Positions 8,100 to 19,763 are shown, numbered from the stretch's first letter. The stretch is DNA of 64,000 nt from Candidatus Latescibacterota bacterium (GCA_965242865.1 CBDETK010000013.1:4160001-4224000); one strand, 5' to 3'. Notes: generated by a model not told the origin, from the letters alone. Numbers and translations: made by a program.

Positions 8100-11000
8100 T
8101 TACGCCAATAGTTGCTTTACCAACGTCTCTATCTGCTCGCCTTCGCCCGATTGGGCGAGCCACCGACGCAATTCGCGGCGGACAATGGTCGTGCTGACCG
8201 CTGCGCCGCGCTCTTGGCGTAGTACTTTCAACTGCTGCGCCGCACCGCTTGCCGCCGCTTGGCCGGCGGTCGCAATGTTCTGATGCAAACAGTTCGTTGT
8301 ATCGTATTCTGGTATCGACAATTTCCACAGGTGCTTTTGCAAATGGCGTGCTCCGAATTGTCCCTTGGCCATCAACGGTTTCGCCGTTTCATACAGGGCG
8401 CGACTATTGATGATGGCGAGTACGTAATGGGCCTCTTGAAGGTCCTTGCAAGGTGCCCAGAATAACGTGTAGTCAATTATAGCATCATGGGTATCTATAA
8501 TCGCCGCCGTAGGTCGTCCTGAAGAGGTGTACACCAAGCGAATGGGAACGTCCTTGTCATTCTTTCGCCATTCGAGTTGCGCCGAGAGTTCGCGGTGGTA
8601 GTCCAACCGATTCATCAGGTTCTTTTTGTCGTTAGCCCCCTTATGCTGTTCCCATAGCGTACTGACTTTCTGCCACCGTCCCCGCATCCGCTGTTCCAAC
8701 CCACCGAGATGAATGCCTCCCGTTCCATTCGCATCCACAGGCAGTTCAGGGTCGTTTCGTTTTAAGGGCAAAAGAGCTTTTAGCGGCGTCAATGTCGCGT
8801 AGGGAACGACCGTCTCTCCCAAGTGAACGTCAAACAAGTGCGTTTTCTCTATCGTCTGCCCGGTGATGGCAGTCAGATAGAGAGCCTTCCACGGTGCTTT
8901 GTCATTGCTGCCTCGGCGAGGATCCACCGTAATGGTCTGCGCGGCGCGAACAAGGGTGGTGCTCTCGACCTCATGTACAAAGAAAAGACAGCGCGGCACG
9001 ATGGAAGCTCCCTGCCGAAAGCGGTCCGCATAAGGCGATGTTCCGCTGACCGACGTGTCGGTAATAGCGATTTGCTCCCGCCGCACATCCTTTGCTCCGG
9101 CCGCCCCTTGCCATTGCTCTACCTCAGCGGTCAAGGGCGTCGCATTTATGTTACCCACACCCATCCGCTCGGCAAATGCGACACAAGACGCGACCGGAAA
9201 AAACGTGTTGGGTTCAAGTTTTTCCAGATCCCACGCCGGTTTGTAGCCGAAATTCACCGCCAAATCGCCCCATTGTCCCGTGCGCCACTTGGCGTACTGC
9301 CCAGTTTGCAATGCGCTGTGCGGCAGCACCATGGCGATGACGCCGCCATCTCTCAGGTAGAGAGCGACGCTACGGGTAAAGAAAAGCCCGGCGACATCTT
9401 GATGCGTTGCGTAGCGACCTCCCTGCCAGATGTGATATAGATCCTTGCTCTGCTGTACTAGCTTGTCGCGCAACACGCTAGCGGTATTGCTATAGTTCAG
9501 CCACGGCGGGTTGCCGACAATCACATCGACCCTGCGGCGGCTCAACGCCACCGGACGAACCAAATTGCGCGTATAGTACGCCCAGATGTGGTTGCGCCCT
9601 TCGGCGTGTAAATCCTGCATGATTGCGATGGTCGCCGCCAGCGTCTGCCGCTGGGCCGGGTCTGTAATCCCATGATCGTCCAGTGCCACTAGCGGGTCAT
9701 GACCGCGCTCAATCGCATCGGCAATGTCGCTCATCAGCAAATCAAACGTGTCGGCTTGTTCCACCAAATCGATTGGAAAAATCAGCTTTTTGTCGAACTC
9801 GTCGCCCTCTACCTCGATGCCTATATCGCCGCTGATAAACAAGTCGCCAGTTTGGTAGTGCAACTGCAAGGCGTCCCCTAAATACACAGGTATCGCTACG
9901 TTTCCCACATACCCGGCCTCGGCCACAGCATCAATGAGGGGCCGTGCAGCCATGATCCAAGCCGTGCGAGCGAGCCGCACCGCCACCGGATGCACGTCAA
10001 TACCCATCACCGCCTCGCGCAGCCGCTTCACCGCCTCTTTGGGATCCATCTGCGCGGCTGTGGCCGCTTCGACAAAGTGGCGCACCGCCACGGCGATAAA
10101 CGTGCCAGAGCCACAAGACGGGTCGAGAACCCGCTGGCCGAGCGGGTCTGTCACCACCTCCTGCACCATCGCCTGCGCCAGCCATTCCGGGGTATAATAC
10201 TCGCCCAAGCGTCGTCGTTCATCCGGCGGAATGACCGCTTCGTACAAGGTCGCGGCGATGTCGGCCGGTGCTTCCTTCCACTTAAAGCGAGCCACGTGCC
10301 GAGCCATCGTCTCAATGAGGGGCTGCCCACCCACTTCGGCCGGCCACGCAAAGAAATCGGACTCAATAATGTCTTGCAGGCCGGTGGCGTCGCGGAATTG
10401 CCGCCCGTAGAGCAAATCCGTCGGATCATTAGCGGCTCGTTGCCGAATATCCATGCCAAAGTATGCCTGCACCACCATGCCGACGACCATGCTCAGGTAC
10501 GTGTGCCGGACAAACAGATCGTCTAGCGGGTTGTCCGTCTGGGCGATCTCGCCCAACGCCGCTTGCAACAAGGTTTCCCACAGACGGCACTTGACGCGGA
10601 CGGTTTCGCGGTCCTTCGTCTTTTGGTACAGCGCGTTCAGGACATCAATATCCCGCTGATAGGACGGACTGTTGGGGCCAAAATGCTGCTCGACATTGGT
10701 AGCGCAGGCCGGAATGTCACTCAGCGCGACTAGGGCCTCGTCGCGCAGCCACTCGTATAAAGGCAGCCAGTCAGCCGCCGAATCGAGTGTAAAAGCATAG
10801 GGCTTTGTCGTCTTGACCTCGCCGGCATTCGGCCAGCGCAGGAGCCAGTACCGTCCGTCCGTGAGAATACCCATCCGCGCCCCCTGCCCGTGCGCCATGG
10901 ATTCCACCAAGTATTCATCCAACTGCCGCACATAGTTTTCATTGGGGTTAAAGCTGTCGGTCGTGCCGATGCGCTTTTTGACCTCGATAAAGGTGTCTAA

Positions 11001-11204
11001 TGCCGTCAAATCCACACGCGAAACCGAGCGGTCCGACGGCGACACTTCCTCGGCGATCTCATCTGGGGCAACCAAGCGCGTAGAGAGCAAAAAGTCGCGC
11101 ACCGCACTAGTGATATTGGCCTCGGATTCATTGTTGCCGCGCCGTTGCAGAATTGCCGCGGCCGCAGTCTGGTATTTTGGATCGTTGTAATCTATTTGAG
11201 GCAT
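8100..11204 (-). CDS. Type IIG/Eco57I-like fused restriction endonuclease and N6-adenine methyltransferase
   Basis: N-terminal RVD...FIEVKK nuclease-like motif; GEYYTP, VLDPSCGSGTF, GNPPW; long C-terminal target-recognition region. Confidence 0.85.
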   Translation of the reverse strand: MPQIDYNDPKYQTAAAAILQRRGNNESEANITSAVRDFLLSTRLVAPDEIAEEVSPSDRSVSRVDLTALDTFIEVKKRIGTTDSFNPNENYVRQLDEYLVESMAHGQGARMGILTDGRYWLLRWPNAGEVKTTKPYAFTLDSAADWLPLYEWLRDEALVALSDIPACATNVEQHFGPNSPSYQRDIDVLNALYQKTKDRETVRVKCRLWETLLQAALGEIAQTDNPLDDLFVRHTYLSMVVGMVVQAYFGMDIRQRAANDPTDLLYGRQFRDATGLQDIIESDFFAWPAEVGGQPLIETMARHVARFKWKEAPADIAATLYEAVIPPDERRRLGEYYTPEWLAQAMVQEVVTDPLGQRVLDPSCGSGTFIAVAVRHFVEAATAAQMDPKEAVKRLREAVMGIDVHPVAVRLARTAWIMAARPLIDAVAEAGYVGNVAIPVYLGDALQLHYQTGDLFISGDIGIEVEGDEFDKKLIFPIDLVEQADTFDLLMSDIADAIERGHDPLVALDDHGITDPAQRQTLAATIAIMQDLHAEGRNHIWAYYTRNLVRPVALSRRRVDVIVGNPPWLNYSNTASVLRDKLVQQSKDLYHIWQGGRYATHQDVAGLFFTRSVALYLRDGGVIAMVLPHSALQTGQYAKWRTGQWGDLAVNFGYKPAWDLEKLEPNTFFPVASCVAFAERMGVGNINATPLTAEVEQWQGAAGAKDVRREQIAITDTSVSGTSPYADRFRQGASIVPRCLFFVHEVESTTLVRAAQTITVDPRRGSNDKAPWKALYLTAITGQTIEKTHLFDVHLGETVVPYATLTPLKALLPLKRNDPELPVDANGTGGIHLGGLEQRMRGRWQKVSTLWEQHKGANDKKNLMNRLDYHRELSAQLEWRKNDKDVPIRLVYTSSGRPTAAIIDTHDAIIDYTLFWAPCKDLQEAHYVLAIINSRALYETAKPLMAKGQFGARHLQKHLWKLSIPEYDTTNCLHQNIATAGQAAASGAAQQLKVLRQERGAAVSTTIVRRELRRWLAQSGEGEQIETLVKQLLA

Positions 11205-11485
11205 AGTAATTCCTTGACTTTAAGCAGTCGCCGCAGGGAGTGCATCAGGGACTCGTCGCGGGTCTGTGGTCACGGTAGACTCCTCGTTTGGGACGGGCTG
11301 GGCGAGCGGGGAGAAAGGTAGGAAAATTTGACACCAGAGAGAACTTTGCCCATTTCCTAAAAGTACCGACGGCAACGGCTAGCTTTCCAAGGATTGAGGG
11401 CGGGACGCCTTCGATCCCGGGGATAGCAGATAAAGCAGGGGTCGTGTGCCTAAAGGTTCATCTCTAAAAATGGAAGGAGCAGCAA

Positions 11486-12256
11486 ATGAAGTACAGCGAC
11501 GAACACCACGCCCACTTTGAGGAGCACGGGTACGTGCGGCTCGGCAAGGTCCTCGACGACGCGGGACTGGCCGAACTCCAGCAGCGCATCGACGCGATCA
11601 TGCTCGGGGAGATTCTATACCCGGACATGGACTTTCAGCTCGACGGGGAGGACGCCGACTACGCGAAGATGCCCACCGTCTCCCCCGGCCACAAAGGGGC
11701 GACGCTTCAGTACCGCAAGATCATGGGCCTAGAGCAGGATTCGGTCCATCTCGCGTACATGCAGCACCCGCTTTTCCGCCAGATCACCCAGCGTTATATC
11801 GGCGAGGACGTGTCGATTTTCCGGGCGATGTTTATGAACAAGCCGGCGGAAAAGGGCACGATACTGCCTTGGCACCAAGATGTGGGTGTGGGCTGGGGCG
11901 TGGGGTACAATCCGACGATCACGGTGTGGACCGCGCTCGATCCGGCGATGGTCGCAAACGGCTGTATGCAGGTGGTGCCCGGCAGCCACAAGCGCGGCGT
12001 GATCACCGAAAGGCACTTTCCCTCGGATGAACAACTCGCCGAATGCGCACCGCCGGGAGCGGAAGTCGATCTCGAAGCCGAGGCCGGCGAGGCGATTTTG
12101 CTCAACAATCTGCTGCTGCACCGCTCGGGAACCAACCCGACGGGTCAGTCGCGCCGCGCCTTTAGCATCGCCTATATGGACGGCTCCGTGCGTTCCGTGC
12201 GCACGGGCGAGGGGTATCCGATGATTTTCGGTGCAGAGGCGCTGGTTCCGGGCTAG
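11486..12256 (+). CDS. Phytanoyl-CoA dioxygenase (PhyH) family Fe/2OG enzyme
   Basis: PWHQD, VWTALD, NGCMQVVPGSH, HRSG.N...RRA. Confidence 0.9.
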   Translation: MKYSDEHHAHFEEHGYVRLGKVLDDAGLAELQQRIDAIMLGEILYPDMDFQLDGEDADYAKMPTVSPGHKGATLQYRKIMGLEQDSVHLAYMQHPLFRQITQRYIGEDVSIFRAMFMNKPAEKGTILPWHQDVGVGWGVGYNPTITVWTALDPAMVANGCMQVVPGSHKRGVITERHFPSDEQLAECAPPGAEVDLEAEAGEAILLNNLLLHRSGTNPTGQSRRAFSIAYMDGSVRSVRTGEGYPMIFGAEALVPG

Positions 12257-12259
12257 GCC

Positions 12260-12285
12260 GTCATTCCCGCAACAGCGGGAATCCA
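12260..12285. repeat. GTCATTCCCGCAACAGCGGGAATCCA palindromic REP-like repeat, copy 1
   Basis: Identical 26-mer at 19689-19714. Confidence 0.8.
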
Positions 12286-12298
12286 GCGGGGGGTGTGC

Positions 12299-12381
12299 GG
12301 GGCGGCCAGGGGCGGCCGCCCGTACGGGGGTCGCCCTGTGGTCCGGCATGGGGCGGCCAGAGGCGGCCGCCCGTACGGGGG
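12299..12381 (-). repeat. Tandem pair of GTAC-headed REP-like hairpins (51-bp period)
   Basis: GGGGCGGCCAG(G/A)GGCGGCCGCCCGTACGGGGG at 12299-12330 and 12350-12381. Confidence 0.7.
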
Positions 12382-12391
12382 TTGGGGCGGC

Positions 12392-13264
12392 CTAGTACAG
12401 GGTTTGGTAGAGCTTGCGCTGGTAGGAGGCTACCAGTGGATTGTCGCGGCCGAGTAGATGGAAGACGGCGACCATGGCGTCCTTGGCTTGGTCGCCGTTT
12501 GATCTTTTTCCCACGATGTGTAGCCACTCCTGCAATGCGGCTTCGTAGTCGCCCTCGGAGGCCGCGCAACAGGCGAATAGGTGACGGGCCTCTGGGTCGT
12601 CGGGCTGGCCGAGTATGCGCTGGGCGCAAGCGGCGCGGCCCCCAGCCTGCTGACATTGGTGGGCAAAGTCGATCTGGGCGAGTAGGGCTTGGCCCTGCGG
12701 GTACTCGGGGGCGTCCGTCTCGACGAGGTTGACCAGCTCTTGCACGGTTTCAAAGCGGCCCTGCTCTAGGTGAATTTTCGCTAGGCCGAGGAGGGCGGGA
12801 CCGTCGGTCGGCTTTTCCGCGAGCACATTCTCGTACTGGCGGGCCGCCCCGTCGAGGTCGCCGAGGGCCGCTAAGTCGTCGGCTTGGTCTGTCGCTTGGG
12901 CTTCGGGGATGGGGGCGTCGGAGACTAAGGGGCGGAGAATGGCCTCGATCTGCTCCTTGGGCAATGCCCCGGTAAATTCTTGGGCGAGCTGGCCGTTTTT
13001 AACGATTTTGACCGCGGGGATGCCTTGGACCCGAAAGGCCATGGCGAGTTGTTGGTTTTCATCGACGTTGACTTTGGCTAGGGCCACGCCGGGGCCAAGG
13101 GCCGTGACGACGTCTTCGAGGATGGGTCCCAAGGTCTTGCAAGGGCCGCACCAAGGGGCCCAAAAATCGACGACGATGACGCGCTCTAGCGAGCCTTGTA
13201 GGACCTGTTCTTCAAAGTTTTGCTCATCGACATCGAATATCTGCGGTCGGGGTTGGATTTCCAT
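12392..13264 (-). CDS. Thioredoxin-TPR chaperedoxin (YbbN/CnoX-like)
   Basis: VDFWAPWCGPC followed by TPR-like helices; ends YQRKLYQTLY; start MEIQPRP at 13264. Confidence 0.88.
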   Translation of the reverse strand: MEIQPRPQIFDVDEQNFEEQVLQGSLERVIVVDFWAPWCGPCKTLGPILEDVVTALGPGVALAKVNVDENQQLAMAFRVQGIPAVKIVKNGQLAQEFTGALPKEQIEAILRPLVSDAPIPEAQATDQADDLAALGDLDGAARQYENVLAEKPTDGPALLGLAKIHLEQGRFETVQELVNLVETDAPEYPQGQALLAQIDFAHQCQQAGGRAACAQRILGQPDDPEARHLFACCAASEGDYEAALQEWLHIVGKRSNGDQAKDAMVAVFHLLGRDNPLVASYQRKLYQTLY

Positions 13265-13350
13265 GGCGTCCTTCCGGTGAAAAGGGGGATGGGTGGGATT
13301 CGTCAGGTGGGGCCTAAGGCCAGCGGGCATCTGCTAGGGACGGCCCCAGC

Positions 13351-13376
13351 GGGCATCCACGGGGGGATGCCCCTAC
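13351..13376 (-). repeat. GTAG-headed REP-like hairpin overlapping a stop codon
   Basis: Minus strand reads GTAG-GGGCATCC-CCCCGT-GGATGCCC; its TAG is the stop of the 13373-14422 gene. Confidence 0.6.
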
Positions 13377-14422
13377 CGGGCGCGGCCACGGCCGGCGATG
13401 TTCCATTCTTCGATGACCTCGCCGTTGCGGAGGGCGAAGAGGCGGTCGTGGAGGTTGGTGGTCATGCCGCCGTGTAAGGGGATGAAGGAGAGGATGTCGC
13501 CTACGTTGACCGGACGATTTGCGGCCGTGGTATCGACGTGGCCGTGCTCGACGGACATGCCTTTGATAAAAAGCTCAGGCTGCTCAAGGCAGTAGCCGTA
13601 AGGGGTCGGCGGGTAGCTGGTGAAGGCTTTCTGGCCGGCATCGACGATGGCTTGCCCGGGGCGAGAGGTGCTGACCACGGTGACGACTAAGCGCAATGGA
13701 CAGCGGGCCGGGTTGAGGTCGGCGCGCTGGCCCACGCGGGTCATGCCCTCATAGGCATACGAGCCGATGCGGGTCTCGGTGCAGCCGAGGGATTTGGAGA
13801 TAGCTTCGCTGCCCGTGCCGCCGCCGCTGATGATGGGCAGCGGCAGGCCGCTTTTTTGCGTTAGGTCGCGCACTTCGTCGAGGAAGGGGCGGGCGCGCTC
13901 GCTGCTGGGGTAGGTCATAACGCCGGTAAAGTCCAGCCCCGGCAACTGGTCGATGTGCTGGGCTAGCGCGAGGGTGTCGGCGGGCGATTGGGTGCCGACG
14001 CGGCCGCCGCCCGTATCCATCTCGACGATCGTGCGGATGCGGCAACCGGCGGCCGTGGCGGCCTGCGACAGCCCGTCCACGGTGGCTGCCGAGTCGGCCG
14101 CGACCGTCAGGGTGCTCTTGCCGCTTTGGATCAGGCGCGTCAGGCGGGCTAGCTTGGGCCGGCCGACGATGTTGTAGGGAATCAAGATGTCTTGGATGCC
14201 CCCGTCGGCCATGGCCTCGGCCTCCCCGAGCTTCTGGCTGACGATGCCAATGGCCCCCGCGGCGATCTGCCGGTGTGCAATGGCCGGCGTCTTGTGGGTC
14301 TTGGTGTGGACGCGCAGGCCGATTTTGAGTTGGTCGCAGGCGCGTTGCAAGTCGCGGATGTTTTTTTCTAGTACGTCGAGATCAACGCAGAGGGCCGGGG
14401 TGTCGAGTTCGGTAAAGTGCAT
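13373..14422 (-). CDS. D-threonine aldolase/DSD1-like PLP-dependent enzyme (fold type III)
   Basis: LDTPALCVD, RVHTKTHK (PLP lysine), DAGQKA, SVEHG; start MHFTELD at 14422. Confidence 0.88.
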   Translation of the reverse strand: MHFTELDTPALCVDLDVLEKNIRDLQRACDQLKIGLRVHTKTHKTPAIAHRQIAAGAIGIVSQKLGEAEAMADGGIQDILIPYNIVGRPKLARLTRLIQSGKSTLTVAADSAATVDGLSQAATAAGCRIRTIVEMDTGGGRVGTQSPADTLALAQHIDQLPGLDFTGVMTYPSSERARPFLDEVRDLTQKSGLPLPIISGGGTGSEAISKSLGCTETRIGSYAYEGMTRVGQRADLNPARCPLRLVVTVVSTSRPGQAIVDAGQKAFTSYPPTPYGYCLEQPELFIKGMSVEHGHVDTTAANRPVNVGDILSFIPLHGGMTTNLHDRLFALRNGEVIEEWNIAGRGRAR

Positions 14423-14427
14423 GGCGG

Positions 14428-15516
14428 TTAGGCTCTTTCGGTAAAAAGGTCCAAGTACTGGGCGGCGATTTTTTGAGGGGCGTATTCGCGTTGGACGTAA
14501 GCGCGGCACTGGCGGCCTAGCGCGGTGCGCTCGGCCGGGTCGAGCGCGAGGAAACGCTGGATCTGCTCGACAAAGGCCGGGTAGTCGGCTGGGGCGACGA
14601 GGAATCCGCCCTCGCGTACGCTCTCGGGCAGGGCATCGACGGCAAAGGCCACCGCCGGGGTGCCGGCGTACATACATTCGAGTTGGGTTTGGCCGAAGCC
14701 TTCGACATCGCCGGGTAAGTGGATGTTGGGCATTAGGAAAAGATCGCAACAGGTGCGGAGCATGGCCAACTCATCGTCGGGGAGTGGCCCGAGCAGGACG
14801 ACGCGGTCCGCTAGGCCCGATTGACAGCGCGCTTCCAAGCGCGTGGTTTCGCTGCCGGGAGGACCGCCGATCAAGAGGCGAATATCCGCGTCGAGCAGGG
14901 GCAGCCCCTCGTCCAAAAACTCGACCATGCCCTTGCGAGGGACTTGGCGACCGAAAAGTAGTAGGACGCGGTCTCGGCCAAAGCGCAGCCCGTGTTGCTC
15001 CTCAAAGCGCGCTCGGACCGCTGCCAACTCGGCGGGTGCCAACTTCGGCGGCGCCACCCCTAAATAGATGATCGCCAGCTTGGCCTCGGGTACGCCGCTC
15101 GCCGCGGTAATGCGGCGGCTGTGTTCGCTGATGACGACGACCTTGTCGCAGGCGCGGACGCCCCGGTGCATCAGCGCGCGTGCGAGGGGATTTTTATAGG
15201 TCATTTCGAGGCCATAGACGGTGGTGACGAATCGCGCCGGACCCAAAGGACGCAAGAGGGGGGCCAACGCCGCGGCGACTCCGTCGGCAAAGTACACGGC
15301 ATCAACGCGGCGGAAGAGCACGGCCCACCAGGCGATCCCAAAGCAATAGGGAAGGAACCAAGCGAGGTGCCAAAGCGATTGGCGACCCAGCGCGACGAGG
15401 CGGACTTGGGCTTGGTCGGCCAGCCGGGTATAGAGCGCGTGACAGTGGGTCTGGATGCCGCCGATGGTGGGGGGGTAGCGACGGGCGAGGAAGAGGATGC
15501 GGGGGCGATGGGCCAT
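14428..15516 (-). CDS. Glycosyltransferase family 4
   Basis: YPPTIGGIQ, GRQVPRKG, EGFGQTQLE. Confidence 0.88.
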   Translation of the reverse strand: MAHRPRILFLARRYPPTIGGIQTHCHALYTRLADQAQVRLVALGRQSLWHLAWFLPYCFGIAWWAVLFRRVDAVYFADGVAAALAPLLRPLGPARFVTTVYGLEMTYKNPLARALMHRGVRACDKVVVISEHSRRITAASGVPEAKLAIIYLGVAPPKLAPAELAAVRARFEEQHGLRFGRDRVLLLFGRQVPRKGMVEFLDEGLPLLDADIRLLIGGPPGSETTRLEARCQSGLADRVVLLGPLPDDELAMLRTCCDLFLMPNIHLPGDVEGFGQTQLECMYAGTPAVAFAVDALPESVREGGFLVAPADYPAFVEQIQRFLALDPAERTALGRQCRAYVQREYAPQKIAAQYLDLFTERA

Positions 15517-15699
15517 AGTGAAACTTAGGGTAAGGGCCGCCGAAGAGTTCCTGGTTGAGGGTGAGACGCTTTCCGTTCCCCGTGGACAAATATGCCTGCC
15601 CTCACGAAGTGTGTGCGATGGACGTAAATCAAGTGCGCGTTATCGAGCGATTCACCGCACGGGTATTGACGCTTTAGCGTGATCCGCCGACGTATTGAC

Positions 15700-17409
15700 T
15701 TAGCCCCCCTGTTGGCCGTATCCGGTCGTATCTGGTGGCGCAGGTTCGGTCTGGTCGTCGTCCTCCGTCGGGATTGGATTTTCGCCTCTTCCGTTAGTCG
15801 TATCCGGTGGCGCAGGTTCGGTCTGGTGGTCGTCGTTCCTGTCCGTCGGGATTGGGTTTTCGTCTCTTCCGTTGGTCGTATCCGGTGGCGCAGGTTCAGT
15901 CGGCGCGTCGTCCTCCGTCGGGATTGGATTTTCGCCTCTTCCGTTAGTCGTATCTGGTGGCGCAGGTTCGGTTGGCGCGTTCCTGTCCGTCAGGATTGGT
16001 CTTTCGTCTCTTCCGTTAGTCGTATCCGGTGACGCAGGTTCTGACTGCTCGTCGTCCCTGTCTGTCAGAACTGGTCTTTCGCCCTCGCTGTTGGTCGTAT
16101 CCGGCGGCGCAGGTTCGGTCTGGTCGTCATCCTCGTCGGTCAGGATTGGTCTTTCGGCGCATTCGTTGTTCGTCCCCGGCGGTGCAGGTTCTGACTGCTC
16201 GTCCTCGTTCGTCAGGGTTGGGTTTTCGACCTCTCCGTTGGTTGCACCGGGCGGTACAGGTTCTGACTGCTCGTCGTTCTCGTCGGTCGGGGCTGGGGTT
16301 TCGCCCTCGCCGTTGTTCGTCCCCGGCGGTGCAGGTTCTGACTGCTCGTCCTCGTTCGTCAGGGTTGGGTTTTCGACCTCTCCGTTGGTTGCACCGGGCG
16401 GTACAGGTTCTGACTGCTCGTCGTTCTCGTCGGTCGGGGCTGGGGTTTCGCCCTCGCCGTTGTTCGTCCCCGGTGGTGCAGGTTCTGACTGCTCGTCCTC
16501 GTTCGTCAGAGTTGGGTTTTCGGCGCATTCGTTGGGCGGCTCCGGCAGTAAAGTTTCTGGCTGTTCGTCCTCCTCGTTCTCTGGGCTTTCGCCTTCTCCG
16601 TTGGTCGTATCCGGCGGTGCAGTGTACCCCTCGGGCACCTCCGTCAGGATTGGGTTTTCGGCGCATCCGTCCTTATTCATCATTATATCGGCCAGACTAC
16701 AATCCGATGTGGCCTTCCCCGCGGGTTCCGTAGAGTCCACTACGAACTCCACCGGCCCCATTCCCGCCCGCACCGCAAAGGCCGCATCCACACCCGCGCC
16801 CGAAACGACGATACCATAGGTCCGCTCGGCCGGTTCGGCGGGCACACCGACCGCCGAACCGGGCACACCCGCTGCCGAAGCCGCCGCTGTCCCGGCCTGC
16901 CCGTCAACGAGCACCATCCGCCCCGTATGCTGCGCCCCGGCCGTGGTCAGCCGATAGATATACACCCCTGCTGCCACCGCCTGACCCGACCCCTCTGTCG
17001 CGTTCCACACCGCCGAGTGAAACCCGGCCGGCCGATCCCCATTGACCAGCGTCGCCACCCGCTGCCCCAACACATTAAACACCTCCAGCCGCACCCGCGC
17101 CGCGATGGGAAGCTGATAGGGAATGATCGTCGAAGGATTAAACGGATTGGGATAGTTCGGCCCCAACCCAAAGCCCTCGGGCAGGGCCGGACCGCTCGAC
17201 GACGCCAGTGACAGCGCAAAATAGCCCGACGCATCGGTCGTCGCCTGCGCCACCGGGCCGCGTTCCAGAGCCGTCATGTCAAACAACAGTACCTGCGCCG
17301 AGGACGCTGGTGCGCCCGAAGAAAGACGCACCCGACCCTCTATTAGCGGTTCGGCCACCACCGGAGCCGACAACAACAGCCCGACGAAAACAGCGGAGAC
17401 GAATGACAT
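15700..17409 (-). CDS. Secreted protein with an internal FlgD-Ig/T9SS-like domain and an acidic Pro/Thr/Glu-rich repeat tail
   Basis: Signal peptide; NYPNPFNPSTIIPYQLP...GVYIYRL; 24-25 aa repeats; GAGGAG upstream. Confidence 0.8.
   Translation of the reverse strand: MSFVSAVFVGLLLSAPVVAEPLIEGRVRLSSGAPASSAQVLLFDMTALERGPVAQATTDASGYFALSLASSSGPALPEGFGLGPNYPNPFNPSTIIPYQLPIAARVRLEVFNVLGQRVATLVNGDRPAGFHSAVWNATEGSGQAVAAGVYIYRLTTAGAQHTGRMVLVDGQAGTAAASAAGVPGSAVGVPAEPAERTYGIVVSGAGVDAAFAVRAGMGPVEFVVDSTEPAGKATSDCSLADIMMNKDGCAENPILTEVPEGYTAPPDTTNGEGESPENEEDEQPETLLPEPPNECAENPTLTNEDEQSEPAPPGTNNGEGETPAPTDENDEQSEPVPPGATNGEVENPTLTNEDEQSEPAPPGTNNGEGETPAPTDENDEQSEPVPPGATNGEVENPTLTNEDEQSEPAPPGTNNECAERPILTDEDDDQTEPAPPDTTNSEGERPVLTDRDDEQSEPASPDTTNGRDERPILTDRNAPTEPAPPDTTNGRGENPIPTEDDAPTEPAPPDTTNGRDENPIPTDRNDDHQTEPAPPDTTNGRGENPIPTEDDDQTEPAPPDTTGYGQQGG
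15720..16660. repeat. Coding tandem repeats of about 70-75 bp with a 147-bp higher-order unit
   Basis: GGTGCAGGTTCTGACTGCTC recurs at 16181, 16328 and 16475; translated as EPAPPDTTN/EPAPPGTNN repeats. Confidence 0.9.
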
Positions 17410-17471
17410 GAGGATTCTCCTCGTGAGTAGGTTTGATGTATTGAGCCTTACTAACGACCCCAGCGGCCCGC

Positions 17472-17514
17472 CTTCCGAAGGATCGAGGGCAAGATGCCCT
17501 CGATTCCGGATTCA
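17472..17514. repeat. REP-like palindromic element, copy 2 (flanks inverted relative to 1870-1912)
   Basis: Reverse complement TGAATCCGG-AATCGAGGGC-ATCTT-GCCCTCGATC-CTTCGGAAG. Confidence 0.75.
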
Positions 17515-17534
17515 TCGACGAGCACCCGCTGAGA

Positions 17535-19763
<2,229 letters not shown>

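Noticed and set aside
3344-11204. Prophage or integrative element
   Set aside because: No integrase, structural genes, tRNA target or flanking direct repeats were seen.
14423-14749. N-terminal extension of the PLP enzyme (similarly 26323-26796, 32291-32461, 53793-53936)
   Set aside because: Arg/Pro-rich off-frame overlaps with neighbouring genes, typical of high-GC DNA.
15720-16660. Spaced repeats as a CRISPR array or a real + strand ORF (15872-16819)
   Set aside because: They are degenerate coding repeats of the minus-strand secreted protein; the + ORFs are antisense shadows.
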